Assembly: GCF_009914755.1 (NCBI RefSeq)
Contig: NC_060929.1
DNA length: 64,000 nucleotides
DNA from: the human T2T-CHM13v2.0 reference genome, Homo sapiens
Reading direction: 5' to 3' (one strand)
Part shown: positions 62,603 to 64,000 of the stretch, piece after piece
Layout: each line of letters opens with the position of its first letter
Position numbering within the stretch: position 1 is the stretch's first letter
Position numbers and translations under genes: made by a program
The notes under the pieces: model-generated
What the model saw: the letters and a program-made list of their open reading frames with translations, nothing else
What the model was told of the DNA's origin: nothing
Databases searched by the model: none

Positions 62603-62905
62603 AGGCCGGGCGCTGTGGCTCACACCTGTAACCCAGCACTTTGGGAGGCCAAGGCAGGTGGATCACGAGGTCAGGAGATCAAGACCATCCTGGCTAACAT
62701 GGTGAAACCCCATCTCTACTAAAAATACAAAAAATTAGCCGGACGAGGTGGCGGGCGCCTGTAGTCCCAGCTATGCGGGAGGCTGAGGCAGGAGAATGGC
62801 GAGAACCCCGGCAGGGCGGAGCCTGCAGTGAGCGGAGATCGCGCCACTGCACTCCAGCCTGGGCGACAGCGAGACTCCATCTCAAAAAAAAAAAAAAAAA
62901 AAAAC
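62603..62905 (+). mobile_element. AluY, resembling the AluYe lineage
   Basis: cgaggtggcgggcg, gaaccccgg...ggagcctgcag and gacagcgagactcc. Confidence 0.85.
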
Positions 62906-63254
62906 AACTAAAAGAAAACATGCCAAAAATATTAAGAATGGTACTCCATAAACTGTGGTTTCTCATTTTTCTTTCCACTTTTACCCCAATGGTCTATAAT
63001 AAATAGTATTAATTTTACAATCAAAAGAGAACTTTTTAAAGCAAAACAAAATACAGTCTGATTTGAAGACTTTCAAATCAAAATCAGTTTTTTTCAAGAT
63101 AATCTTTCAACTCACAGGAATACTTACATTCACAGAATTCAAAGAAAGAAGTCCAAAGTAGTCCTAACTATGACAGCAAATAATATTATACCAGATAATC
63201 CTAACCAAGCTTAGAAATAGCCTTTCCTTCACATTCCAGCTTATTATGCTTATT

Positions 63255-63900
63255 CTTCATTCAGTAAATAATTATTGAGCACCTACTACCTGCTGGGACT
63301 GTTTTAGAAACAGATGTGTTTACCAAGCAGTGAAAAAGAAGACATGACCCGTTTTCTCATAGAACTTGGATTCTGGTGGGGGAAAAGACAACCGACAGGA
63401 GGAAAACAAACAAACATGGAATATAATTTCATACAGTGCTAAGCACTATGAAGGAAAAAAATAAAGCAACATAAAATAACAGTGGAAAGCAGGAAGCTAT
63501 TTTCAATTGGGTGGTCAGAAAAGGTCTCTCTGAAGAGGAGATATCTGATCATGCAAGCTACTGGTATAACAACATAAATAGCATTCCTATTGCGTAATTG
63601 ACCTGGGATTTAGAAAAGTCTGTTTACAACTTAAAATATAAAAATCATCCCCATGAAAATAGTTTCTACTTTAAGAGGCAGTAAGGTATAATAGAACTAG
63701 AAAGACTAGGTTTGAATCGTGGCTCCACTACATAGAAGGTAGATACCCCTGTTTAGGTCACAAGCTCTCTCTCCCTCAGTTCAGTTTCCTCACATATAAA
63801 ACAGACAGAATAGTGCCTAGCTTATAAAGTTTATAAAGTGAAGAAAGATAATATATGGGAAAGAGCTTAGTAACATGTTTAGGCATGTAGTACTCATTAA
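63255..63900. mobile_element. L2 and MIR fragments
   Basis: ttcattcagtaaataattattgagcacctact (L2-like) and ctcagttcagtttcctcacatataaaa (MIR-like). Confidence 0.6.
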
Positions 63901-64000
63901 CTGTAAGTTCCCTACATACTTATAGTTCTTCCACAAATTGAGCACTATATACTAATGGTTCTCTGCGAAGCACTCACTATTTCACTATTGCAAGTAGAAA

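Overview
Primate DNA, hominid and most likely human (SVA and AluY present). The whole window lies inside FBXW11 (beta-TrCP2, the F-box/WD40 substrate receptor of an SCF ubiquitin ligase), transcribed on the minus strand. Five coding exons with GT-AG boundaries are visible: 32641-32703, 28866-29091, 18212-18398, 17301-17391 and 9754-9891. They encode an N-terminal cassette, the D (dimerisation) domain, the F-box, a linker and the start of the WD40 region. I found no other FBXW11 exons in the window. The rest is intron, rich in Alu, L1, MIR/L2, LTR, DNA transposons, one SVA and microsatellites. The most unusual structure is a 599-bp inverted duplication with a 93-bp spacer (59540-60830; 5 mismatches by eye). 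Other notable items are a twin-primed mini-L1 nested in an L1PB, a displaced L1 RT fragment inside that L1PB, an extended CTCF-type motif, repeat tracts bracketing the cassette exon, and a ~12.6-kb Alu-free zone. I see no evidence for a novel multi-gene system. Repeat subfamily names come from recalled consensus sequences, not from a database search.
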